DNA of 64,000 nt from positions 32,001 through 96,000 of the forward strand of contig CAWBKB010000003.1 in NCBI GenBank assembly GCA_963789265.1, written 5' to 3'. The notes under the pieces were generated by a model that saw nothing but the letters and a program-made list of their open reading frames with translations, searched no databases and had not been told where the DNA came from. Made by a program: the position numbers and the translations under genes. This document shows, piece by piece, positions 21,108 through 31,616 of this stretch (positions within the stretch are counted from its first letter, which is position 1; the number at the start of each line of letters is the position of its first letter). This DNA comes from an uncultured delta proteobacterium (GTDB taxonomy: Bacteria > Desulfobacterota > Desulfomonilia > Desulfomonilales > Desulfomonilaceae).

Positions 21108-22106
21108 ATGAGTGATCGCTACGTCGAGTTAGCGAAGCGAATCGGACTGGGTCAATCAAAGAGAATTGCAGGTCTCTTTCAGATCATTGCCGACCCGGCC
21201 GAGGCGGACTTACTATTGGCATTGCCCGGGAACACACCGGTTGCGGCCCAAAAACTGGGACGACCCGAAGATGAGGTCGCCGGCATGCTCCACAATCTTT
21301 TTGTAAAGGGCTTAGTTTTTCCTTCATCCAAGACCGATCCTCCGACTTACAAGATGTGTAGGGATCTGGTTCAATTCCACGACGCGTCCATTCTGTGGCC
21401 TGCTGCTCCTCAGGAGTTTCTGGATTTGTGGAGAGACTATATGGAATCTGAATGGCCGGATCTGGCCAAAGCGGTCAGCAAGAGCGTTCCCCGGCCGTTC
21501 ACACGAGTTATACCCGTTGGGATTTCTATTCAGGCTAAAACCCACGTGCTGGCCTTTGAGGACATAAAAGAAATAATTGAGAATTCCCGAAACATCACCG
21601 TGACCAAATGCACGTGCCGTTTGAGCATGCACAAATGCGACAAAAAGCTGGAAGCGTGCTTGCAGATCAATCGAGGAGCCGACTATAACCTGGCACGTGG
21701 AACCGGCAAGCAGCTCACAAAGCAAGAAGCGCTCGATTTGGTGCGGCAGTGCGAACTGGATGGTCTAATCCACGTAGTGATGAACAAACAGGATGTGGAC
21801 CAGTTCATCTGCAACTGTTGCCCTTGTTGTTGTCAAACAATGCCGGTTCTCATCGAACACAATATAAGTGTTATCGAACCCAGCCGCTTTGCGGCGCAAG
21901 TTGACGCCGATCTGTGCAGCTCATGCGGAACCTGCTTGGAGAGATGCTATTTCGGAGCAATAAACCAGGAGGATGACGAGACGGCAAAGGTTAATCCTGA
22001 AAAATGCATGGGGTGCGGGCTGTGCCAGGTCACCTGTCCTACCGAGGCTCTTTCAATGGTTGAGGTCCGCCCGTGGGATTTTGTCCCTGAAAAGCTCTTC
22101 GGATAG
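21108..22106 (+). CDS. 4Fe-4S dicluster domain protein
   Basis: CTCR, ICNCCPCCC, two CxxCxxCxxxC motifs at the C-terminus. Confidence 0.88.
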   Translation: MSDRYVELAKRIGLGQSKRIAGLFQIIADPAEADLLLALPGNTPVAAQKLGRPEDEVAGMLHNLFVKGLVFPSSKTDPPTYKMCRDLVQFHDASILWPAAPQEFLDLWRDYMESEWPDLAKAVSKSVPRPFTRVIPVGISIQAKTHVLAFEDIKEIIENSRNITVTKCTCRLSMHKCDKKLEACLQINRGADYNLARGTGKQLTKQEALDLVRQCELDGLIHVVMNKQDVDQFICNCCPCCCQTMPVLIEHNISVIEPSRFAAQVDADLCSSCGTCLERCYFGAINQEDDETAKVNPEKCMGCGLCQVTCPTEALSMVEVRPWDFVPEKLFG

Positions 22107-22294
22107 CAAACCGTTTGGACTCCCTGTCTATATAGGCTTCAAGCGAGTTCAATCAGGGAATATGCTTGCCGTCGCCGGCAGGAAAAATGTTCATAACGGC
22201 TGCCGTGTGCGAGGGCCGGAAGCAATCTTGGTTGGTACTGAGGGAACGCGATTGATGCAGCGGACGAATTTGTCGAACGATAGAAGGCTGATTT

Positions 22295-22964
22295 TCACGT
22301 TCGTCGGTGTCGAATAATTTCCCCGGTTACCATGTACACCACGTCCTCGGCAATATTGGTTGCATGGTCGGCAATGCGCTCCAGATGACGAGAAACGAGG
22401 AACAGATGCGTAAAAGCACTGCGATTATCTTGGTCGGTTTTAAGTCTTTCCTCGAAGTCCCTATGTAATTTGTGCTTCTTGAGGTCTATGCGATCGTCCT
22501 CTCTAAGGACCTCAAAAGCCTCGCTGCTGTCCATGTTCACAAACGCGTCCAGCGTCTTGCGCAACATGCTCACCGTTTCTTCGGCCATTACGAAGTAATC
22601 ATCCGGAACATTTATGGGGCGGACTGCATTAAGATCTATGGCGATTCTCGCAATATTCGCCGCCATGTCACCGATGCGCTCCAAGTCCTGATTGATTTTC
22701 AGAACACCGACAATGAACCTCAGATCCGCGGCCACTGGTTGGTGTAGGGCAATAACTTCCAGACATTCCTCGTCGAGGTCGATCTCCAGCCTATCAATTT
22801 CTTGATCGCCCTCGACCACCTTGCGAGCGAGTTCCGTGTCGCGGCTGACCGAGAGCCTTGACCGCGAGCATGACATTTTCTTCCACACGGGTGCCAAGCG
22901 CCAATACAAGGGTCTTCAATTTTTCGATTTTTCGGTGAAGCCTGTGCCGAACTGTAGGGATCAT
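22295..22964 (-). CDS. phoU: Phosphate signalling regulator PhoU, frameshifted near 22850
   Basis: QPVAADLR, DLERIGD, HLERIADHATNIAE. N-terminus MIPTVRHRLHRKIEKLKTLVLALGTRVEE lies in another frame from ATG 22964. Confidence 0.9.
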
Positions 22965-23149
22965 TGCTTCCTCGGTTAGCGCAAATTCTGTCTCTGAGCC
23001 AAGTTCAGAGCATACTTCTCTTTTCCCTCTCGGTCAACCGTCATTTGGTTGTGTTAAGAAATCCGAACAACAAGAGAACGAGGAAAATAGAGCCCGTGTG
23101 AATTGCAATCAAAGCCGGACGAGGTATGTGGCTACCCCTCCAAGGTCTA

Positions 23150-23506
23150 TCAGACGCTGAACTTCCTCTCAATATACTCCTTCAGGGCTACGGCATTATT
23201 TAACTTTTCGTTTTTTGCTGCAAAGAGCAAAGTCACAGTCCCCCTTGCCGCAATTTTGGCCAACTGGCTGAGCGCCTCAGATCGACCGTCCAACTCTTGA
23301 AAATACTGGCGTTTGAACTCTTCCCATTTTTCCGGCTCGTGTCCAAACCATTTCCGAAGCTCATCGGTGGGGGCAATTTCCTTAAACCAGCGGTCTATGT
23401 GTGCATCTTCTTTCTTCATGCCACGAGGCCAGAGATGATCCACGAGCGCCCTGTAACCGTCTTCCTTTTCAGGGGCTTCATAAACCCTTTTCACCCGGAT
23501 CGGCAT
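23150..23506 (-). CDS. DUF488 (YeaO-like) protein
   Basis: VKRVYE...DG.R.LVD.LWPRG, ELRKWFGH, NNAVALKE. Confidence 0.92.
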   Translation of the reverse strand: MPIRVKRVYEAPEKEDGYRALVDHLWPRGMKKEDAHIDRWFKEIAPTDELRKWFGHEPEKWEEFKRQYFQELDGRSEALSQLAKIAARGTVTLLFAAKNEKLNNAVALKEYIERKFSV

Positions 23507-23862
23507 GGATCTCCTCTGCTATAAGCCGTGATCAAAATCGGACCTCTGCCCGTTATTCGGCAAAAGACCTTTCGATTCCGAACCAGAGGGCCGGTGGTGT
23601 CGGCATCACTATCAAACAAGACAGTGCAACGGAACAGGAGTTTCAAAAAAGTTCCGATGTGTCTCTAACTAGCGGCAAATACATCATAATCGTCACGATT
23701 CGCTGCCAGAATCACATCTTTGCTCTCTTTTGTCCAGGCCGCCCCTTATGCGCTTTAAGCACGTTATTTCTGCGAATATGTGTTACACTGGAGTCTATTA
23801 AAGACCAGCGGGTCAATTCGGCTCGTTTTAGCCGAGATAGGTGACATTCTTGGGGAAAATCT

Positions 23863-25161
23863 ATGGCCAATTTCACAAATCGTGATCAGTTGTCGCTATT
23901 TCATGTTGAAACTCCTTCGCATATATTACCTACGAACCTCACCACGACGCGACACCCTTTTCATAGATGGTTTAATTTCGTCGCGGGATTCTCGCCAGAA
24001 TTTGTCGCTGAATGTATATCAGGCGCTGGTTTGAATCACAGAGATCAAGTGCTAGACCCGTTCTCAGGTTGTGGGACCACTCTTGTCGAGGCCAATCTGG
24101 CGGGGATTTCTTCCTTTGGATTTGAAGCCCACCTGTTTCTTTGCCATATGTGTGAATCAAAACTTTTGGTGGATGCGGATCCGAGAATAGTCGAACAAAT
24201 ATTTGAGGAGATAAGTGGATTACACATAGATGTTGCTGCATTTGAACCTTACTCATCAGATGCTCTCATCTATCTGAAAAAGCTTGTGCCAGAGGAGTCC
24301 CTTTCATTTCTTGTTGCAGCCCGGCAGCAAGTTCAATCCTACCAAGGGCCTAAATTGGCTATTGGCAAAATGATGCTTTCAAAAGTGCTTGATCTCTGCT
24401 CTCACTCAAAAACAGACGGTATTTACAAGGCCCCTACGTCAAAGAAGAAGGCAATGAGCTTTATTGAGGCGTTGAAGTCGGTAGCCGAAACTGTTGTCGA
24501 AGACCTGAGATATGCTAAGCACCGAGGTCTGGTGAATAAGTCAAGAGTTGTGTGTCAATCTTCCCAGAACATGTCCTGTCTAGCTACAGATTCTTGCGAT
24601 CTTCTCGTGACTTCGCCCCCTTATCTAAACAACTTTGATTACGCAGAAATGACGCGAATGTATCTTTACTTCTGGCTCGAAGCTGCTAATTGGGGAGAGA
24701 TAACGGACAAGGTAAGAAAGAAATTGATTGTTAATACTACTACTGCGCTTAAAGGACATAAGGACAAGATTGATTTCTATCGCAGCGGAACGCCAGAGTG
24801 TGTCAGAAAAGACCTGGACGGGTACATGCTTGAGTTGATTGAGAAGCGAAGAGTGAAGGCAGGAAAGAAGGAGTACGACTATTTGATATATCCTTACTTT
24901 GCTCAGATGACCGATGTCCTAAGAAGCACAATTCGGGTACTTAAAAGGAATGCGCCAGTTCATCTCATAGTGTCCGATGCCGCTTTATACGGTGTTCACA
25001 TTAGAAGTGAGGTCATCTTGGCTAAAATTATGGAGACTTTGGGTTTCGTAAACGTAAGAATCGTCAAGCTCCGAAGTCGTGGAACGCGTTGGATACTGGA
25101 AAAGAGAGAAGGGTCTGACAAAGGACTTGGAGAATATCATATCTCAGGTTGCGCATCTTAA
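23863..25161 (+). CDS. Amino (probably N4-cytosine) DNA methyltransferase
   Basis: HRWFNFVAGFS, VLDPFSGCGTT, VTSPPY. Confidence 0.9.
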   Translation: MANFTNRDQLSLFHVETPSHILPTNLTTTRHPFHRWFNFVAGFSPEFVAECISGAGLNHRDQVLDPFSGCGTTLVEANLAGISSFGFEAHLFLCHMCESKLLVDADPRIVEQIFEEISGLHIDVAAFEPYSSDALIYLKKLVPEESLSFLVAARQQVQSYQGPKLAIGKMMLSKVLDLCSHSKTDGIYKAPTSKKKAMSFIEALKSVAETVVEDLRYAKHRGLVNKSRVVCQSSQNMSCLATDSCDLLVTSPPYLNNFDYAEMTRMYLYFWLEAANWGEITDKVRKKLIVNTTTALKGHKDKIDFYRSGTPECVRKDLDGYMLELIEKRRVKAGKKEYDYLIYPYFAQMTDVLRSTIRVLKRNAPVHLIVSDAALYGVHIRSEVILAKIMETLGFVNVRIVKLRSRGTRWILEKREGSDKGLGEYHISGCAS

Positions 25162-25177
25162 ACACAGAGGTAAGGGG

Positions 25178-26209
25178 ATGCCGGAAGTTAACGACTCCCT
25201 GTACAACGTGGCGAAGGCGGAAATCGAACGGCTTACAAAGGTCTACCTTAGTCTTGTTGAGGATACCCACAACTTCAGCGAGGTTACGACCCAGTCTTTG
25301 TCTTCAAGAGAAGCGATAACCATACTACTCGCCGGTATTGGAAGTCTCTCTGACCCCGTGAAAACCACGGAGAAGGAGGCGGTGAACGAATGGGAGCGAC
25401 GAATTGCTGTGCCTTTTGACATCGAGACCAGTATTACCGCTGGAGTGTATCTCAGGCTTAGAGAAGTGAGCGCTGCATATTATGACCAACTGATTTCTGC
25501 CACTGAGGGATTCACGAAGTTCGAGCCACAATTCATACAGGCATTTCCTCGTTATCTACCTTTGCTGCAGCATATCGGCGGGATTTTTAGTAAGTCTAAG
25601 CTAAAAGAATTGGTTGGATCAGTGTCGGACTCCAAGATATCTCCAAAGGCTGCGGTTAGGCTTGCTTCTCAACTCTCGAAGCGAGTAGATGCGGAAGCCG
25701 TCGAAAAGGCAGGCATATTGGCGCGCATGAGCGGGACTTTAGAAGGAATGGTCCGAGACTTAGTAGGGAAGATACTACTTGAGAGTGTTGTTGCCAGTGC
25801 CTTTGAGGTGGCTGGAGTTCAATTTCAGAGGGAGAAGGATTACGATAAGTTAGCCGGTGTGGTCTATAATTTTAGGGCTGATTTTGTGGTACCAAACGCC
25901 CAGACGCCAAGAGTTTTTGTAGAGGTAAGAAAATCATCGAGTCGTCACGCATCCCTGTATGCGAAAGATAAGATGTTTTCAGCAATCAATTGGAAGGGAA
26001 ATAATAAAGATTTGCTGGGGGTTCTTGTAATCGACGGCAATTGGACTGCAACAACCCTGGATGTTATGGCGAGAGTCTTCGACTATGTGCTCCCAATCCG
26101 AGCCTCCACAAAAGTAGCAGAGATAGTGTCAGCATATGTCAACGGCGATGAGTCAAAATTGAAGTGGCTCATAGACTTTCGTGTTGTCAAGAATACCCCA
26201 AAGCAATAG
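25178..26209 (+). CDS. Putative PD-(D/E)xK restriction endonuclease
   Basis: 16 bp after the MTase; C-terminal E...RADFVVP...FVEVRKS motif. Confidence 0.65.
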   Translation: MPEVNDSLYNVAKAEIERLTKVYLSLVEDTHNFSEVTTQSLSSREAITILLAGIGSLSDPVKTTEKEAVNEWERRIAVPFDIETSITAGVYLRLREVSAAYYDQLISATEGFTKFEPQFIQAFPRYLPLLQHIGGIFSKSKLKELVGSVSDSKISPKAAVRLASQLSKRVDAEAVEKAGILARMSGTLEGMVRDLVGKILLESVVASAFEVAGVQFQREKDYDKLAGVVYNFRADFVVPNAQTPRVFVEVRKSSSRHASLYAKDKMFSAINWKGNNKDLLGVLVIDGNWTATTLDVMARVFDYVLPIRASTKVAEIVSAYVNGDESKLKWLIDFRVVKNTPKQ

Positions 26210-26250
26210 GCAGATAGGAGCCACGAAATTCTGGAAGACGAGGGGGTAAA

Positions 26251-26421
26251 ATGGGACGCAAGAAACGCAAGAAGGAACGGCTAAAGCCCATCTCATTTTA
26301 TGGGTACGACGCCAGGGAAGTGAGTAGAGCATACATGCAAATTAGTCCCAAGCGTTTAAGGGAATTGCAACAGGAAGAAAGAGGGCTTGATAAGTTAACT
26401 GATCAGGGTGCCGATAGTTAG
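26251..26421 (+). CDS. Small basic protein (56 aa), missed by the ORF track
   Basis: GAGGGGG RBS; MGRKKRKKERLKPISFYGYDAREVSRAYMQISPKRLRELQQEERGLDKLTDQGADS; fills the gap between co-oriented genes. Confidence 0.55.
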   Translation: MGRKKRKKERLKPISFYGYDAREVSRAYMQISPKRLRELQQEERGLDKLTDQGADS

Positions 26422-26447
26422 GGGGCAGTGAGACTGGGGTGAAAGAG

Positions 26448-27971
26448 ATGGATAATTGGAAATTCAAGCCGGGACAAAAGATGTCTAACAATAATCCGTG
26501 TCACTGTGGATCTGGGAAACACTACAAGGACTGCTGCAAATCGAAGGACCGCCAAGAAGCGCATTCATCTATCAAGAGCAGGAATCTAGCATTTGCAAAA
26601 AGCATCGAAAGAATTCGGTGCCAAAGCGGAGCCCCTGGTAATTGGAAGGAAATTGGTGCCTTTCTCTCTTATCATCCTGAATACGTCAAGAAGATACATG
26701 AAGATAACCTGGATCTTTGGCAGAATGTGTCTTTTGATGATATTATGCAAAGTGGTGAAGTATGCATTGCCTCTGAAAATCAACTGGCTACGGTATTTTC
26801 CACTGATCCCCAACCGTATAGTCTCGTCAACAACATCAAACGGCTTTCAATCTATGTGGATAAGATCATAGTCATAGACCCGTTTCATAAGCCATCTTAT
26901 TACAATGAAGATTATAGTCCTCTGAAGTTTCCTGAGAGATGGGTACCCAATGCTCTAAAATTGATGTACTTTATGACTTTCTTGGAGCCTTGGATTCGCA
27001 ACGACACGGTTATCTTGCTCCCGAATCCGGGCGATTTCAACTTGAAGTTTAGAGATGACATGGAAAGACTAGCAGGGGAAAGGGTTGACAGGAATCCGAT
27101 CCGGATTGGTTGGGACGGATTGAAGGGAAACTTTTCAGTCCTCGTCGATATGGCCCGGCAACTGGCTCCTGATAGCGACGATAATATAAAGCGGATATTC
27201 ACCCAGGAGTGGGGTGAAACGTCAGAAAGAAAGACCGCAGAGTTTTTGGACTTCGTGAAGACAGTTCGGCAAACCGACCCGCTGGTGTTCAGGGGAAAAA
27301 TGCCTGAAAGGGGCTGGACTGAATGGGGTTCAGGAGTGGTTGCGGAGATGCACGTCAATCTGGCCCATTACTTTAAAGCATTTCCTTCTACCTTCTATGA
27401 ATTTGAATGGAACGGACTTTTGAGTGTCACAGAAGAATCTCAGATAATAGCAAATGAGTGGCTTCCATTTACGCGGACTCTGCAACATCTTTCCCTTCCC
27501 TTCTTTGATGAAGTAGACAATGAAATCGCCCTTGAGTTAAGAAGCGAGGGTTATCTATCAACCGTCAGAGACTTTATGAGACAAGCCTGGATTGAGTCAG
27601 GCGGCAGTCATAATGAGAATGTCATTTCTGACATGACCAAAGAATTGAAATCAGTCCACGATACCGCTATCAATCAATCAAAAAGCCTGGAGATTGATTT
27701 TTCCAAAGGAAGATGGGGAAAGTTAAAAACTGACGAGTCAGAAATTTTGAATGACCTCGGCTTAGGCATTGTCTACGGTATTATCAAGGGCTCGATACTG
27801 CTCCCCGCTGATCCACAGCAAGCGGCACTTCAAGTCTTGGGGTCTATAGTTTGGGATATAGGCAGATCCATAGCGCATAAAGTCATGTGGCCTCATTGGC
27901 AGTTCAAGAGAGTCATGAAAAATCCCGCCGCTTTATTTTTCATCAGATTAGATAGGACAAAAAGAGTCTGA
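26448..27971 (+). CDS. SEC-C motif protein of unknown function
   Basis: NNPCHCGSGKHYKDCC at the N-terminus; AT-rich codon usage. Confidence 0.8.
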   Translation: MDNWKFKPGQKMSNNNPCHCGSGKHYKDCCKSKDRQEAHSSIKSRNLAFAKSIERIRCQSGAPGNWKEIGAFLSYHPEYVKKIHEDNLDLWQNVSFDDIMQSGEVCIASENQLATVFSTDPQPYSLVNNIKRLSIYVDKIIVIDPFHKPSYYNEDYSPLKFPERWVPNALKLMYFMTFLEPWIRNDTVILLPNPGDFNLKFRDDMERLAGERVDRNPIRIGWDGLKGNFSVLVDMARQLAPDSDDNIKRIFTQEWGETSERKTAEFLDFVKTVRQTDPLVFRGKMPERGWTEWGSGVVAEMHVNLAHYFKAFPSTFYEFEWNGLLSVTEESQIIANEWLPFTRTLQHLSLPFFDEVDNEIALELRSEGYLSTVRDFMRQAWIESGGSHNENVISDMTKELKSVHDTAINQSKSLEIDFSKGRWGKLKTDESEILNDLGLGIVYGIIKGSILLPADPQQAALQVLGSIVWDIGRSIAHKVMWPHWQFKRVMKNPAALFFIRLDRTKRV

Positions 27972-28148
27972 ATCGGCGCCGAGTAGTAGAGTGTGAACCT
28001 TTGCTAAGTGCATAGTTCCGTTATTTTTTATGTCTTTACAAAGGGGTACACCTCATTAAACCGAACAGTGCCTCACGGTGAATGTGCCTGTATACATTGA
28101 TGGATCTGATCCGAACATTTGATTAATTGTGACGGGAGGGAGGTTACG

Positions 28149-29516
28149 ATGACACTAGTTGAACAAATGGCCTCTTTCGTCGTGCGGTCATCCTACGACG
28201 ACATCTCCGAGGGAGCCCGCCAGGACCTCAAAATCAGAGTCCTTGATTCGCTTGGGTGTGCAATTGGCGCTCTCGATGAAGGGCCCGTGAATCTCATCAA
28301 GAATCAGGTCGAAGATTTCGGCGGATCGCCTCTATGCACGCTCATCGGGAGCGGGGAGACCGCGCCGGATCGGGCGGCATTGTTCAACAGCACACTCGTA
28401 CGCTACCTGGACTTCAACGACAGTTATCTTGCCAGACATGAAACCTGCCACCCCAGCGACAACCTGGGATCGGTGCTGGCCGCCGCAGAGTACGCGGACA
28501 CGAGCGGTCGGGAGCTTCTCACCGCATTGGCAGTTGCCTACCAGGTCCAGTGCCGTCTCAGCGATGTTGCTCCGGTCCGAGCCAAAGGCTTCGATCACAC
28601 CACGCAGGGAGCTTACGCTGTTGCCGCGGGAGTGGCCAGGGCCTTGAGACTCGATGAGACAAAGACCGCCAATGCTATCGCAATTAGCGGAACAGCATTC
28701 AATGCCCTGCGAGTCACCCGAACCGGGACGTTGTCCAACTGGAAAGGCCTCGCTTATCCTAATACCGCCTTCGGAGCGACGCATGCTGCTTTTCTCGCAA
28801 TGCGAGGCGTCACAGGTCCTCCGGAGGTCTTCGAGGGCAACAAGGGGTTCATGGATGCAATCGCGGGTCGGTTCGAGATAAACTGGTCCACGGAAAATCT
28901 GGAACGTGTGAGACAAACGATTGTCAAGAAATTTAACGCTGAGATCCACTCTCAGGCGGCTATAGAAGGTATGCTCGCACTGAAGCATGAGCACAGTTTT
29001 ACCGCCTCTGATGTTGAGAAGATAGGCATCGTAATCTTCGACGTGGCTTATCACATTATCGGGGGAGGCGAAGAAGGAGACAAGACCGTTGTACGCACCA
29101 AAGAGCAGGCCGATCATAGTTTACACTATATGATTGCCGCCGCGCTTCTGGATGACCGGGTTATGCCGGAACAATACCGGCCCGAACGCATCCAGAGCTC
29201 CGATATTCAGGCTCTGCTCAGAAAGATTTCGGTCACCCCTTCAGATGAATACAGCCGACGCTTTCCCGACCAGGTCCCATGCCGCATTACGGTTTCGTTG
29301 CAGAACGGCACAGAAATATCGCGAGAAGTAACTGATTACGAAGGATTTCATACACGGCCCATGAGCTGGGAAAGTGCGATAGCGAAGTTTGTGGCACTGG
29401 CTGCCAAGCATTGTAATCAGTCTTTATTGGACGAAATTGTGGAAGCAGTGGCCGATCTTGATGCGATTCAGGTGTCGGACTTAACAAGACTTCTGAAGAA
29501 AATTCGCGAAAAGTGA
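28149..29516 (+). CDS. MmgE/PrpD family protein
   Basis: RYLDFNDSY, HPSDNLG, GFDHTT, QADHSL. Confidence 0.92.
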   Translation: MTLVEQMASFVVRSSYDDISEGARQDLKIRVLDSLGCAIGALDEGPVNLIKNQVEDFGGSPLCTLIGSGETAPDRAALFNSTLVRYLDFNDSYLARHETCHPSDNLGSVLAAAEYADTSGRELLTALAVAYQVQCRLSDVAPVRAKGFDHTTQGAYAVAAGVARALRLDETKTANAIAISGTAFNALRVTRTGTLSNWKGLAYPNTAFGATHAAFLAMRGVTGPPEVFEGNKGFMDAIAGRFEINWSTENLERVRQTIVKKFNAEIHSQAAIEGMLALKHEHSFTASDVEKIGIVIFDVAYHIIGGGEEGDKTVVRTKEQADHSLHYMIAAALLDDRVMPEQYRPERIQSSDIQALLRKISVTPSDEYSRRFPDQVPCRITVSLQNGTEISREVTDYEGFHTRPMSWESAIAKFVALAAKHCNQSLLDEIVEAVADLDAIQVSDLTRLLKKIREK

Positions 29517-29570
29517 CGCAGGAATTATTTCGGATCTTTTGATGATAATTTTGTAGAAGGAGGATGAACG

Positions 29571-30413
29571 ATGGTCGAACAGGAAACTCCGAGGGATGAG
29601 CGTGCATTTGCATTTCTGAGAATCAATGAGCGCCAGTCCAAGCCACGCGCACGAGGCATAACTGAAATCCGCGGTCCGTATTACACTCCGATGGGAAAAC
29701 GGTACTTGCAAGACATTTTGGAGACCATGGGGCAGTACGTGGACTCGCTGAAGTTCGCCGGCGGTTCGTTCAGTCTCATGCCCAGAGCGGTTATTAAAGA
29801 ACTCCTTGATATCTGCCACGAGCACAACGTTTTGGTCTCCACAGGAGGCTTCATTGAACATGTGCTGGCCCAAGGCCCTGATGCGGTCACTCGGTATATT
29901 CAGGAATGCAAGGAACTAGGCTTCGACATTGTCGAGATTTCCAGCGGCTTCATAACCATACCGGTTGATGATTGGTTGCGGCTGGTGGAGAAAGTTCAGA
30001 AGGCCGGCCTTAAGGCCAAGCCGGAGGTGGGGATCCAGTTTGGAGCCGGCGGCGCAACCGCTGTTAGCGAACTGCAAGCCGAAGGGACTCGAGATCCTGA
30101 GTGGACGATTATTCAGGCCAAGCGCTTTGTAGATGCCGGCGCGTACATGATCATGATCGAATCGGAAGGGATCACCGAAAACGTCAAAGTGTGGCGGACG
30201 GATGTTGTGGCAAAGATCATTAATGCCCTCGGCCTGGAAATGCCGATGTTTGAAGCCGCGGACCCGGAAGTCTTCGACTGGTACATCAAAAACTATGGGC
30301 CGGAGGTCAATCTCTTTGTAGATCACAGCCAGATCGTGCAGCTCGAATGCCTGCGATCCGGGCTCTGGGGAACCAAAAGCCTCTGGGGTCGTGTTCTGAC
30401 ATACAAGGGCTGA
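29571..30413 (+). CDS. comA: Phosphosulfolactate synthase (ComA) family protein
   Basis: KPRARGITEIRGPYY, LKFAGGS, EISSGF, IMIESEGITE, LECLRSG. Confidence 0.9.
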   Translation: MVEQETPRDERAFAFLRINERQSKPRARGITEIRGPYYTPMGKRYLQDILETMGQYVDSLKFAGGSFSLMPRAVIKELLDICHEHNVLVSTGGFIEHVLAQGPDAVTRYIQECKELGFDIVEISSGFITIPVDDWLRLVEKVQKAGLKAKPEVGIQFGAGGATAVSELQAEGTRDPEWTIIQAKRFVDAGAYMIMIESEGITENVKVWRTDVVAKIINALGLEMPMFEAADPEVFDWYIKNYGPEVNLFVDHSQIVQLECLRSGLWGTKSLWGRVLTYKG

Positions 30414-30504
30414 GCATGATGAGGGCTTTTTTCACCCAACTGTGCTATTGTATGGGATCCGAAGACATTGGGCGCGGCTGAAATTGTCCGAAAGCTATCT
30501 TGAC

Positions 30505-30714
30505 CAAACTGTCTCAAGACTAATTTGATGCCCGGAATCGTGCCACGATTGATCCTGGTGGTCATTTTCGGTGCCATCAGCCCAGCCCACTCTCATAGGG
30601 AGAGGGAGCTGTTCCAAGGTCTCTATTAGCGTCCCCTCGTCCTTCGGGAGAAGGTCAGGGTGAGGGAATGTCGTGTTACGATTGCGTCCGGTTCAAGAGT
30701 TTTGAGTCAGTTTC
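30505..30714. mobile_element. 210-bp MITE with IS1182-type ends, TSD TGAC
   Basis: CAAACTGTCTCAAG ... TTTTGAGTCAGTTTC flanked by TGAC at 30501-30504 and 30715-30718; homologous to 51284-51492 in the opposite orientation. Confidence 0.85.
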
Positions 30715-31261
30715 TGACGCCCAGCTTACCAAAGCTGCCTAGACTGCCGCGTGCTTCGATTTTCCAGATGTTTCCGTGTCCACCGCGTGCTAAGCGCCTG
30801 GGCAACCAGCCTTAGACTGATAGGATGGCCGTTTCTTCTCGTCGATCGTTGAGGGTGGACAATCCCTCGCCTCGCTTGCCGCGCTGCGGTAATTTCTGCC
30901 GGATGTCCGTGTCCACTGGATTATATGCCGCGTGGTTCCTTACTGTTGAGAACCGCCATTTAACACCCTTGCAGGCCTTACATCGGCTTCAAATCGAGAT
31001 AAGGTAGCTTTGACCGGATCCGACACGCTTCCTGAGCCGCGGGGGCAATTTGCACATGTCCGGGCTTTTTTGGCCCAGCCGTTTAAGATAAGCCCTCTGG
31101 TAACTATTTAACACCATTACGTATTCCAAATAATCCCCCAAAAAGCCGGACGTTCTTCGCCCGATGCATCTCACGGCAAACCTGAGGCCAGCGGACCGGC
31201 ATCCACGTAACAACTCAGCGATATCCTACACAATTTCTCACAATTTTTTACCGTTTCTCAG

Positions 31262-31278
31262 TTGGCATGAATCATGCT
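31262..31278 (+). promoter_or_regulatory. sigma54 (-24/-12) promoter
   Basis: TTGGCATGAATCATGCT: GG-N10-GC. Confidence 0.6.
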
Positions 31279-31616
31279 TACGATATGCTACGAGGTTGGG
31301 GACATCCTAACAAAGACATTTAGCGCGGAAGGAGGGCTGCTTCCCAGAGTCGGTTGCAAAACCCGGGTAATTACATGCAACTGTAACCCGGGCGACTTCG
31401 CAATTATGTGCCGTCCAATGTTGACTTTTTGGTCGCACTGTCACGGTGAATTGATGGTACTCTGTTCACAAATTGCTATAGGGTGCACCGTGACACGGAC
31501 TTGATGGCTTTGCTGGTTTTGCAACCGACTCTGGAATGACAACCCTCCCCGCAGGGGTCCGAGAGAAGAGCAATTGTTAGTTTGGGAGCCGTGTCCTAAA
31601 AGAAAGGAGAAAAAGT

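Noticed and set aside
23401..23844. 147-aa ORF upstream of the methylase as a controller protein
   Set aside because: No helix-turn-helix pattern or RBS; overlaps the DUF488 gene antisense
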